A DNA stretch of 54,903 bases, taken from the NCBI GenBank assembly GCA_020536535.1, contig JAHLWZ010000238.1, forward strand, positions 1-54,903. The letters are read 5' to 3'. This DNA is from Pelomyxa schiedti. Lineage: Eukaryota; Protista; Evosea. A model generated the notes under the pieces. The model searched no databases. It saw nothing but the letters and a program-made list of their open reading frames with translations, and was not told where the DNA came from. A program made the translations under genes and the position numbers. Positions within the stretch are counted from its first letter, which is position 1. Each line of letters opens with the position of its first letter. Positions 38,891-49,376 of this stretch are shown piece after piece.

Positions 38891-41800
38891 TCAAAGCGGG
38901 AATGTTTGGGTTATGTGTCCTTTGGTGATGGACCGGTATATCTTTGTGACTTGGTAATGGGTCTTCTCCACAATCTTGATTCCAGAGATGTACAAAGACG
39001 ATGCACTGTCCGGAATCTAGTTGGTTTTTTGTTTTGTTAGTTCTGACAGAGTGGCAGTGTGTGCAACTAACTTTTTGTTTGGGGGAAAGGCAACCAACCT
39101 CATAGGTGACAGACACAAGTTGTGAAGATGGGAGTTTCCTGCCTGATGGAATAGACAGGCTCAGTGTGCACCAGTGCTTTGTATTATACATTACAGTGCC
39201 TAAATTCCACTCGATGGAATCTCGTTCAGGTAAGGCACTGATCTTACCCTTTGATACAGTGGATGTTGTGGTAATGTCAGACGTGACCCCCTGAAACACC
39301 ACGATCACATTATTGGCAATCAGATCGGGGCCTAGGAAGTTGGCTGATACAACAAGCTTCAGCTCCAGCACAGAATTAAGTGGCCCTGTGGTGTCAGAAG
39401 TGCTGCAATTCGAGTGCATAAGTGACAGTTTTAGTGGTGGAGGCATTTCGTTGAGGAAAGGTGCGTAGGCCGGTTCCAGACGATAGGTTACAAGATCACA
39501 TTCCCCATCAGGGGGGACTAATGATAAAGCCAGAGTGTCTCTATCACGCTTTGGGCTGCGAACACTGGAATGATATTTCAATGCCCTACCAAGCGGCCAA
39601 AAGAGTCCTGGTGCTCCTGCCATTATAAGGGAAAGATCAGGCATCCCGGACAAGTTGGAGTACATTTGGACCTTCCCAGATATCTAAAATTACTGGTAAC
39701 CAATCCCTAGACCCAATTTCATTTCGTACACACTTGGTGGTAGTTGCCATCATCAAAGACTTCCTCTTCTCTCACATCTATTGCGATGGAATTCTTCTTG
39801 TAACGACAACCCTCTGCTCGCCAGCTCACAGCTCCCGTAACCATAATAGATATCCTAGAATGTAAAATTTGGCACAGTCACTGTTGTAGAAGGTGTTAAT
39901 TTACCTGCCACAATCATTGCAGGCAACAGGCATGGGAATACGTTCCAATTGAAGAGTACCGGAAACCTGGCCATCGCGCTTCAGAACGCATACAAAGGAA
40001 GTGTATTTAGACGCCAGTGTGTAATTCTTGGCCATTGTCACAGCTTGCTCACGGTTCAGAACCGTCTTGAGTAAATCTCTGACAGCCAGAGTATGCACAA
40101 GTCGACCTTTTGTGCCAAACTGGTTCTCTAGTTGTCAAGAGTTAGACACTCATGTCAGTACAGATGTGGAAGAGAGCCACACCATTAAGTGTCAATGGGA
40201 AGGAGATTTCTGTGTTGGAGGCAGTTGTGGCTCGAAGTGTTACTGTTCCGCATAAAGGTTCCGAAGTCTTGAACAACGCAAAAACTAACAAGCGGGTATG
40301 GTCAAATAATAAAGGCAACTGCTTTGGAACTGTATGAACTGGCACGGCGCTAGTATTCCACACTAGAGATACGTCAAGCAAGTCCGGTTGGAGAGCCCTT
40401 GCCAATTGCCTCTGAACTGCAGGGAGGATTTCATCCGGAGCTGACACGAATTCTGCATATCCATTTCCTGCTGTAGCCAATGCATTTATAAGCATTTGTG
40501 AGACTCCAGACCCTATCCCAAGTGTGTACAAGTGTAAGTTTTGATTGTTGCTTGCAACGAAATCGGTTAGGGTGTCTGCATTCCCCACGTCACCATCTGT
40601 CAAAAGAAACACATTCCTCACCCAGTCCTTTTGAATTGGCTCCTGGAGAATTGAACTCATTGGGCCGAAAATTTCTGTTCCTCCCATATCAGCAGAAATG
40701 GTTTGAATATGCTTTAGTGCCTTGTTACGGTTCACTTCATCGGCTCTAACATTCCACTGGAATAATTTTTGAAAAGATGATCCAAACCCAACAATATTGA
40801 AGAAGCAGCTTTCTGGCATTGATCGGACGAACTGCTCCAGAGCTACTGTAACGTAAGAAATTCGATCTCCACCCATGCTTCCAGACCTATCCACTGTATT
40901 TACGTGCGAGTCGTTAATTAATATCAGACATTCAGTCAGTCCGTACCCAAAAATATGAGTTCCAGATTCCGTTCCATGGGACGGGACCCACAGTTGCTTA
41001 GTGAGGGAAAGAAAGCCAACATAGCAGCCACACTGTCGGAATTTTGAGAGTCCCTCTCCAGCCATACCCTTGGGGAGCATGCATTATCCTGACGAACTAT
41101 CATTACGAAGTCTTGGCCAGATGTACACTTCTGAGCACTCATAACTACATTGACTGTCGCATCGTGCCCTTGGAGGTCGATTTCTACGGGTGATGTTACC
41201 CCTTGGAAGGCTGGTAGTACGACGAGGTTGATCACAGTAGGCATATGAATATTGGCGTGTATAGATATTGGGTATGAAACTTCCTGTGCGGCAACTGCAT
41301 TGCTTGTCGATTCCGAGGGATTGTACCGAGGGAAATAGGTGGTGGGAATAAAGAAACGAATGTCACTGCCTTGCAATTTGAGGTCAGTCACATAAGTGAT
41401 GGTGAGAAGTGCTTCTTCCCCTGGAGCGAGGTTCCCAACACTTGCTTCAAAAAGCTCTGTGAAATTCTCAAATTAGTGGGATACATTGCAAAAGGTGTCT
41501 TACCCTCAGTTTTCTGTTCTAACAGAAAGGCAGAGTTACCTGCAGCAAGTGCGTCACTATAGGTGGCAGCGGCTTTTTCCTTTTCCTCAACTATACCAGT
41601 GATGGTTCTGTCACCAATTGTAACTGTAAACCTAGTTGTGGTCGTTGGGTCATGTTAACAAAGCAGTGAATACAAACTCACAAATGGCAGCAAATACATC
41701 AATAGGAAAAGAAAAAACTGCCTCAATGGGATATGTTCTATGATTAAGATACTTTTGCTTCATTGTGACCTAAAAATATCTCAGTGGATCAGTATTTAGT

Positions 41801-42647
41801 CCTTGATACTTTAGCCGCTAGATCAATCACATCAACGTTGATGTCAATATACAACAAAGGAATTGCTGCAAGGTCACTTGGTGACCACATTCCTGAATAG
41901 CCATCAGGTCTGCTTTGTGCAGGTGTGTGGAGAAGGTATGATGTTTCAGGAGTGTCGCCACATGCTATGGCATCCACAAGGAGTGTTAATTCCACTCTGT
42001 GATCCTTGTTGATTCCATGAGAAGGCAAATGCAAGTACTCAAAGAAAAACACAGAGACCCATACGTACTCTTATTACTGAAGCAGTCAGAGAGTAGCCGT
42101 ACTCCTTTTCAAAGGACTGTATAATACACATCACTAGCTCAGATACACCACAGCACATTCCAGGGGTATTATTAGATACAAGTGCCACCCAAATCACGTC
42201 CTCTTCGTCCCATAATGAGGACGGTGACTGCGGCGACCCTGATGCTGAAACGGGGCTGCTTGAAGAAAAAGGCCAGATACGGACTACAGCAGATGCAGTC
42301 GGGACAGCGGCTAGAATAGACTGAGCGGCTTTGTTGTTAAATTTGGAGCGGCTGTCGGGGTCCCCGAACGAGATGATGGGAGCCCTGCACTGGCCAGAAT
42401 TTGGACCGCAAGCCAGAATGAGGCAGTCGGTGGCCAATCTCCAGCCCTCTTCATCGCGCTCGAAGTCGCTTAGATTCGCGGCGGCGTCTGTTGCCACTCC
42501 GTCGGACGACTCTTCGTCGTCGTAATCGTGGGTAATTGCAGGAAAGAGGCAAGTAAATAGAGGGGTGCACGTGGACGGCAGACCAGCAACGAGGCCTTGG
42601 ATGCCCCAAAACTCTCCGCAACCGGTTAAACCGCCCATAGTGGCCAT
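38891..42647 (-). CDS. Mu-adaptin-like protein (degenerate longin + mu homology domain) with inserted VIT + vWA (VWA5A-like) cassette
   Basis: Longin end SVIR|DHRVELTLLVDAIACGDTPET; VIT (PIEAVFSFP, GIVEEKEKA, FEASVGNLAPG); vWA (FLVDRSGSM, GGTEI, LLTDG, ASKYTSFV); then in frame VTGAVSWRAEGCRYKKNSIAIDV, SNLSGMPDL, LVPPDGECDLVTYR; start codon inferred. Confidence 0.85.
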
Positions 42648-42778
42648 CAACGTGTTACACGAAAAGGTTTTATTTACCAAAAATCTCCTGCTTCCTTCTG
42701 AGTTGAGGATGAAGACTGTACCTTGCAAGAAAAAAAGAAAGACCCCGGAAAAACAGGAGGGAGAGAAAAATGGAACTG

Positions 42779-42850
42779 TGGCCCCGCTCAGAATCGAACT
42801 GAGATCAAGAGAGCCAAAATCTCCCATACTAACCATTATACTACGGAGCC
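42779..42850 (-). tRNA. trnQ-UUG: tRNA-Gln (anticodon TTG)
   Basis: Cloverleaf: acceptor GGCTCCG/CGGGGCC, D-arm GTATAATGGTTAGTAT, anticodon stem GGAGA/TCTCT with loop TT-TTG-GC, T-arm CTCAG-TTCGATT-CTGAG. Confidence 0.93.
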
Positions 42851-42937
42851 ATTTACAAGAAAAAAATGGCAAGACAGACTATCAATACAGTATCCTGCCT
42901 GTTTGATTTTTTAGCTTGAGCTTGCTGTCACGGCGAA

Positions 42938-43008
42938 GGCTCTGTTGTTTAGTGGCAGAATACTTGTTTCGGGTACAAGTGACCCCGCTTCGATTCCGGG
43001 CAGAGCCC
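42938..43008 (+). tRNA. trnP-CGG: tRNA-Pro (anticodon CGG), with C instead of conserved G53
   Basis: Acceptor GGCTCTG/CAGAGCC + C73, anticodon stem CTTGT/ACAAG with loop TT-CGG-GT, T-arm CCCGC-TTCGATT-CCGGG; T-runs downstream. Confidence 0.85.
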
Positions 43009-43038
43009 AACCTTTGTTCGTTTCGTTTTTGGGGCTTT

Positions 43039-45191
43039 TTAGTTCCCGGGTTCTTGCCAAATAGTCTGGGACAGGGATCTCATCCAACAACGTGTGGGAA
43101 GAAGAAACTCGTAGGAGGCCTTGGCCGAGCAGTAAACCAGAATATCCTCTGTTGTTAGCTCAGGGAAGTGCCTCATTGTGTACTGAGCAACGGCCGGTGA
43201 CTGGCATACAAGGTACATGAGTTTCTCTTTGATGAAAGTCGCTGTGATGTCCGGGAATTTGGCCAGAAGCATTTGCCACAAGAACAGATCACGCTTGAGG
43301 AATGTCCGGAGAGACAACTTTTCACACATAGTTGATACCTGAATATTTTACATTGGGTCAAAATCTAGAAAAATCAAACCTCATCCAATGTGATGTTGAA
43401 CTTATCTATCAACCACTCAGCACAGTTCTCCTGTCCCCACATAATCAGGTTGAACAAAATATGGTTCCCATCAAGTGTAATATGTTCACGCTCCAGTTGG
43501 AATTGAGTGATTAACCATTTGACTGTTTTGGTGGAGTCTAGACCAACGGTATTTCCAAGGCTCCGTGCGATAGACTCTTTGGAGATAGAGGACATGGAAG
43601 TAATCTTCTTGGCTTGCGAAATACTTTCACCTTGAACACATTCTGTCAAGACACCTCCAAGAATTTCGGAGAGCTTCGGTTCGGGGATTGGGAACTTCTC
43701 AATGAGGAGCAGGGGCACAGTCGAGATGTTTTTCTTGTGGACCAGGTTCTCAACGGTTTCCACAACCAAACTCTCTTCCACCCCTTTCATTTCGGCATGG
43801 TTTAGAAGCCATTTGACACCCTCCACGTTGTCTGCAAATCCGTTCAGTGCTTTGCACACTTCAACAAGTGCCAAAGTTCCTGTTATTATTCCATGACTGC
43901 CCGATGTGCTGGTGCTAAGGATTTGGAACGTTGCATTCATCCAAGACGCAATCGATGTGTTGTTGCGGGCAAGTGCACTGGAGAATGATTTGCGGAGGTC
44001 ATCGGGTGAGAGGGTCACTTTTGTTGAAAGCCACTGTGCAAGTTTCACGTCGTCTTCTGGGTTTTGACAGGCAGCAATAAACATTCCTGGATTTGGAGTC
44101 ACAGATGTAAGTGACTCCTCCACAAGCCACTTGATCAAGTCAAACCCCCTCGAATCCATACAAAGATGTTCCAAATCAGTTTGTGTTGGCGAAAAGGATG
44201 GATATGTTGAGAGTACCCATTTTAGTATCTCGACAGTATGGATGTACCGGGCTGAACTCACCTCCTGCCTTAGGATGTGCTCGCTAACATACTTGCAAAC
44301 TTCCACTTGCGTAGGTTTTTTCCCACTCAGACAATTGATGAAAACCCTGTAGAAATTATCCCTTAGATCCTGGAATGGAAACGTTTCGAAGCACCACTTT
44401 ACGACATCTATCTTTCCACTCAGGCACGCAGAAACATGAATCTTCATCCAGGTATATTGGTGGAACGGCTTAATCAGATCAAAGGCATCTACAATCCACT
44501 GTGCGAGGTCCAAAAAGCCTCCGGAAACAGCCCCACAGAATGGCTCCACAAACTCCCAGGGTTCGCTGAAGTTGAAGGTCTCCACCAACCACTTCGCCAC
44601 GTCGCCGTGGCCCTTCTCACACACTCTCCTCAGAATGCGAGATGCCCTCACATGGTCAACAAGCGCCCCACAAAATCCTCCAGAATCCCACACCAAACCG
44701 GGCCACCGTCCATCGACCAACAGCCTGGCCATTCCAAGGTGGCCCCCGGCACACGACCTGCTCAGCACATGCCAAAATTCCTTGTTCCTTCTCACTCTCT
44801 TGTTCCACCCCCTCGCCTCCTCGTGGGTCGTCCCACAATCGCCGCTGCCGCCGCGGCTTTCGTCGCGGTGCTTCAGCATCCAATCGACGCAACGTCGGCT
44901 GCCGGCCTCGGCGGCGAATTTCAGAACGGCGTCGGTTTTGCGGTAGTGCCTCAGCAGGGACCGGCACACGCGTCCCACAAGTGGGAACATCGCCTCGGCC
45001 ACGCGGCACATGACCACCGCATATTTATTCGGCATCACGTGCGACTGGGGTGCCATCGCCTCTTCTTCTTCGGTCCAAACGGCGGTGCTCAGGGGTGTCG
45101 GCATCCAGTATTTTTGTGGCTTCAACAGCCACGGCAACACGGAGTCCCACACGACACGCGAGATGACAACGGTCCTATCGTTACCCAGCAT
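43039..45191 (-). CDS. Degenerate ankyrin-repeat protein (lineage-expanded family)
   Basis: Long ORF with SCAGGHLGMARLL, VCEKGHGDVAKWL, AVSGGFLDLAQWI, ACLSGKIDVVKWC; one intron near 43339-43379 joins the last exon; ATG 45191. Confidence 0.8.
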
Positions 45192-45442
45192 GAAACGACA
45201 ATTCGATTTTATGGAAGAAAGATCAGTAGAATCTGTTTTTTTTTCTATCTTCGCTAGAGGTGCTGCGTACGCATTTGGTGGCCACCGTGTTGTATAACGA
45301 GTTTCCAGCACTTCTCTCTTTCAGGCAGGCAAATCTCTGTCTTTGGGACACCATCAAACACAGATTCCTGATTTACCTCTGTCCCATAATTGGGGCGTCG
45401 GAGATGCCGCGTACACCCGAGGGGAGGGGGAGATTGTGCTTC

Positions 45443-45655
45443 ATACCTTCTCGGCCTTTTGGCTAAGATCAAGTGTAGTATCTGTTCTTTTCAGCTTAAT
45501 ATCTGAAAGCTGCCCATTGGGTAGCATCGATATTAAACTTATTTTTTGTGGGGTTGCTGGGGGTGTCTGCTTGGTGATGGGGCTTGCTCCGTCGCCAAGT
45601 TGGGTGCTCTCCTGATTGCCCAGGCACTGTACTGCCGCCTCGTGTGGTCAGCCCC
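45443..45655 (+). ncRNA. U2: U2 spliceosomal snRNA
   Basis: ATACCTTCTCGGCCTTTTGGCTAAGATCAAGTGTAGTATCTGTTCTT is the conserved U2 5' end with the GTAGTA branch-pairing sequence; Sm site ATTTTTTG at 45541; 3' hairpins; 3' end approximate. Confidence 0.95.
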
Positions 45656-46039
45656 ACTCTAAAAACAAAACAAAAAAATCCTTCGCACCACGCAGACGAC
45701 GTCGCATCGGTGAGCCAATACCCGCAGGCGGGGAGCTAGACAGAGCTACACGCCCCCGTGGGGTTCTCGATTTCAGTGCAATTCAACGTGGTTTTCGCTT
45801 GCGCGGCTCTGGAAACGAACGCCGTTTTGGAACCATGGGAATCAGCTTGGCCTGGCTTGTGCTTTGACTTAATTGGCGTGTATGAGAGGCGTGAGAGGCC
45901 CACTGGGGTGGCTCAGTGCCTGTTGCGCTGACCCACTGTGTGTATGCCGGGTTTCGGGGAAGAACTACACCCTACCTCAGCTGACATGATTCTGTCTTCG
46001 TGTGATGAGCCACGTAGGCTGGAATTGCTAACTTGCTCC

Positions 46040-46358
46040 AAACTCTGCGTGGATCAGAACTGGTGACTGGAAATTTGTCAAGGTGCTGACAGATACGAAG
46101 TGGGGGGAGCGGATCCAAATGTCAAGTGCATCTGGGAACATGAAGAACCAACAGAAACCACTCCTATGATTCTTGATGTAATTATAAATCAAAAGGAGTT
46201 AGCGGAAACAATGGCCAAGCGTGGCGGATTACTCCCAGCCCCCACTTTTTTCATATTGTTGGTATTTCATTTCTTTTTTCACAAGCCCTGAATAACTGCA
46301 GGATATTTGGATTTGTACCCAACCGTGGAAGAAATTTCTTTATCAATGCTATCTCAAA
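46040..46358 (+). pseudogene. Possible degraded or gap-truncated ankyrin-repeat gene fragment
   Basis: GDWKFVKVL and GGADPNVK...TPMIL..INQKELAETM are ankyrin-like but lie in different frames; the region ends at the N gap. Confidence 0.3.
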
Positions 46359-46458
46359 NNNNNNNNNNNNNNNNNNNNNNNNNNNNNNNNNNNNNNNNNN
46401 NNNNNNNNNNNNNNNNNNNNNNNNNNNNNNNNNNNNNNNNNNNNNNNNNNNNNNNNNN
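46359..46458. other. Scaffold gap (100 N)
   Basis: Run of N. Confidence 1.
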
Positions 46459-46526
46459 CAATAGACTCCAGGGGGATTACAATCGCACTAACGGCCTTGA
46501 TGTAAGACGCCTGCATTGCGACCGAC

Positions 46527-47425
46527 ACTGGGGATTTGCAGTTCCACAACTTCCCTCTCCCCTTCTTCTTGTGTCTGGTTGGCTTCACTTTAGTATTGAT
46601 TTTGGACCAAGTGGCATCCCTTCTTGGAGGTGCTCACAGCCATTCACATGGGCACTCCCATGATCACACTCACGAGGAACATGAGCATCTCCACGATCAC
46701 CACCATGACGACCATGATCACGACCACGACCACCATGATCACGATCATGACCACCACCACGATGACGAGAACCCTGACCACCACACAAACCTCGAGGACA
46801 TAGAAGTTGAACTAGACCCGGAACCCGCGTGCACCCACTGCTGCTGTACTATATCCAAAGCGCAGTTGAGAAAACTTATGATTCGAATAACAAAAGCAGT
46901 GGCGTACACTCTGTCACTGTCAGTGCACAGCTTTATATCTGGCATTGCCCTGGGGCTTCCAACCAAGGCCTCAGACGTGCTAGTCGTGCTTATAGCAGTT
47001 CTTGCACATGAATGGGCTGAAACAGCTGGATTGAGTGCAGTTTATCAGAAGATGGGCTTTGGAAAGCAGGCCAGATTTTTTATGATTGTAGCTTACTCGT
47101 TTGTTACACCTTTCGGGCTCTTCGTTGGCTCCATGATCTCTGCATCTGGGGTATGCCTTACACATTGCAATGACTTTGCTAAGTTACTAACAAACACAAG
47201 GAATCTGCCCAAGTAGAAATAATTGAAGGTGTTCTCTTGGCAATTTCAGCCGGCACGGTTTGTAAACTCCAAATTTACTTAAATGTCACACATCCCCAGT
47301 TTCTCTATGGAGCCGCTGTAGAGTTGCTGCCCGTATCACTCCTTGCCAAGCACAACAAATTAGCCAAGATAGTCATCTTTGTGACAAGTTTCACCCTCAT
47401 TTCTTGTGTGTCCATCATTGCCTAA
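46527..47425 (+). CDS. Second ZIP transporter copy, 5' exons displaced and inverted (at about 47758-48027, minus strand)
   Basis: Translation nearly identical to the 258-1491 gene from GDLQFHNFP onward. Confidence 0.75.
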
Positions 47426-47763
47426 ATCCCCATGACAATTGCTACAACCGTAGCACCATCCCAACAACATCACACCAATACCATTATACCCCAACCACCA
47501 ACCGATTCGCGGCCTAATTGCCGCATCGGTTTTTCAAACCAAACAGGCTCACAACAATAGAAAACCGAGTCAGTGTTGCAGATAATTTGTTAAATTTTTG
47601 GTCTCACCTCACTACCACACACAAGCACACAACAGCCATGGCGAGCACCACGTCGATAACGACGAGCACAACGCCGGCCGGAGGAGGTGGGGGCGGGGCC
47701 AGTGAGATCGAGTACATGAGGTACCGTGCCAAGAAGGTGACTGGGCGCACGTGGGTTGTGGTG
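46527..47763 (+). repeat. Diverged direct copy of 566-1815 (3' part of ZIP gene + first codons of MBL gene)
   Basis: Near-identical sequence with substitutions and indels in the His loop and Gly run. Confidence 0.95.
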
Positions 47764-48279
47764 AGGTCGACATGAAGGCGGAGGTGAAGTGGAGCTAACC
47801 CGAATCAACAAGCATGTGGCACAAACCAACCGCCATAAAGACTCCAACAGCGGCAGTGTTAAAAAGCTCCATCATGGAGTCGTTTCCCTGCATCACGTCA
47901 ACTCATACGGAGATCTCAGCGGGTCAAAAAAAAAAACACACGCGGAAAAGCATGGGCAAAGACGCCCCAGCAATAGACTCCAGGGGGATTACAATCGCAC
48001 TAACGGCCTTGATGTAAGACGCCTGCATTGCGACCGACACTGGGGGTATTTGTTGGTTTTTCTAGTTTCGTTAATTTCGTGTGTGCTGATTTTCGCTGCC
48101 GGCAAATTAATTTGCTTCTGACAAGGCACGAAAAAAAAAAAGAAATTAGTGACAGCACAATCAATTGCCAAGTACAAATGCCGAAGCATCGAGGTGGCGG
48201 ACGAGGCGGGCGAGGGGGCAGGGGCGGATCTTGTGTCGCACATCCGGCTGAAGATCTTCCTCACGAGGAGACGGAGGAA
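47758..48279 (-). repeat. Diverged inverted copy of 1-525 (DENR 5' end, shared promoter, ZIP 5' exons)
   Basis: Reverse complement aligns from position 1 (48279) to about 525 (47758). Confidence 0.95.
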
Positions 48280-49262
48280 ACCACAGAGGCCAGTGGTACT
48301 GCATCTACGACACCGTCTCATGCTCCGGAGACGACGGAAAGTACAACAACCACGACCACTCCAACAGGCACCTCAACTACTACTGTGACTAGTGCTGCAG
48401 CTACCACGACAGCGGCGGCCGCGGAGGAGGGGGAGAGCGCGGCGGCCGAGGAAACGGCTGGTTCAAAGGCTCAGAAAGATCCACGGTTTCCGTTGACGGT
48501 CAACTACTGCACTGGTATGACTCTCACCGCTGCGTCCTTGTGATGGGTTGGATTTCACATTTGCTTTTCGAAAAAGTGTGCGGGCTGCCGTGTGAGTATT
48601 GCGACTTTGGGCCATGCCCCGCACAATGCAAAGCGGCAAACCTTCAGGCACCTTCTGATGCTGTATCAACCCCTGCACCAGAGTCTGGGGGTGGGTCAAC
48701 AACCACTACCACAGCTGCCTCTACCCCTGAAGGTGAAGATCCGGCAACTACTGGGCGCAAGAGAGGTGTGCACCAATTTTAGCTTTGGTCTATAGTAAAA
48801 CATTTAGGTGGCAAGGGCAGTCCAAAACCCCTGGAACCGGCTACTTCAAGTGAACCAAAACTAATGCCTGGTGGCAAAATTAAAAAGAAGGACCCTGGCA
48901 AAGTCACACTTATTAAGACTTCTCGGAGCAAAAGGAAGTATATCACTGCCGTTTGTGGATTGGACACATTCCCAGGTTCCTGCTCAATTTCTTTCTCACC
49001 CACCTCTTACTTAAGAACAGGCATAAAGCTGGCGGATGCTTCTAAAGTTTTTGCCAAAACCTTTGCTTGTGGTTCGGCTGTTGTGAAAACATCACCCGGT
49101 TCCACCCACGAACAAGTGATTGAAGTTCAAGGCGACGTTACCGTGGATCTGCGAGACTTGTTAGTCAAGAAATGGGCTGTATGCGGCCTCAATTTTCAGT
49201 TTCACTTTTAACATTGAGTATAGATTCCTGCCGATGCCATCTCTATACAAGAAAAGAGCTAA
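48178..49262 (+). CDS. DENR: Density-regulated protein DENR/Tma22 (SUI1 domain translation reinitiation factor)
   Basis: PLTVNYCT|VCGLPCEYCDFGP, MPGGKIKKK, RSKRKYITAVCGL, ASKVFAKTFACGSAVVK, IEVQGDV. Confidence 0.92.
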
Positions 49263-49376
49263 GCCATAAATTTCCTTCAATTTTGATGTGTACCATTTGC
49301 CCCGTTGGGGCCATTTTGGCTTATTTTCTTATTCTTTTCTTTTTTTTTCGGTTCTCTTTATTCCACACAAAGGACC

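Noticed and set aside
42660-42725. TVFILNSEGSRRFLVNK upstream of and in frame with the mu-like gene resembles a longin first strand
   Set aside because: No ATG between it and the tRNA-Gln gene; could be coincidence or need an unseen upstream exon, so it was not used for the gene start.
1-48279. Large inverted repeats (1-525 vs 47758-48279) as terminal inverted repeats of a giant transposon or virus
   Set aside because: The repeats are ordinary host genes, are diverged and lie beside a gap; no transposase, integrase, polB or capsid genes are seen between them.
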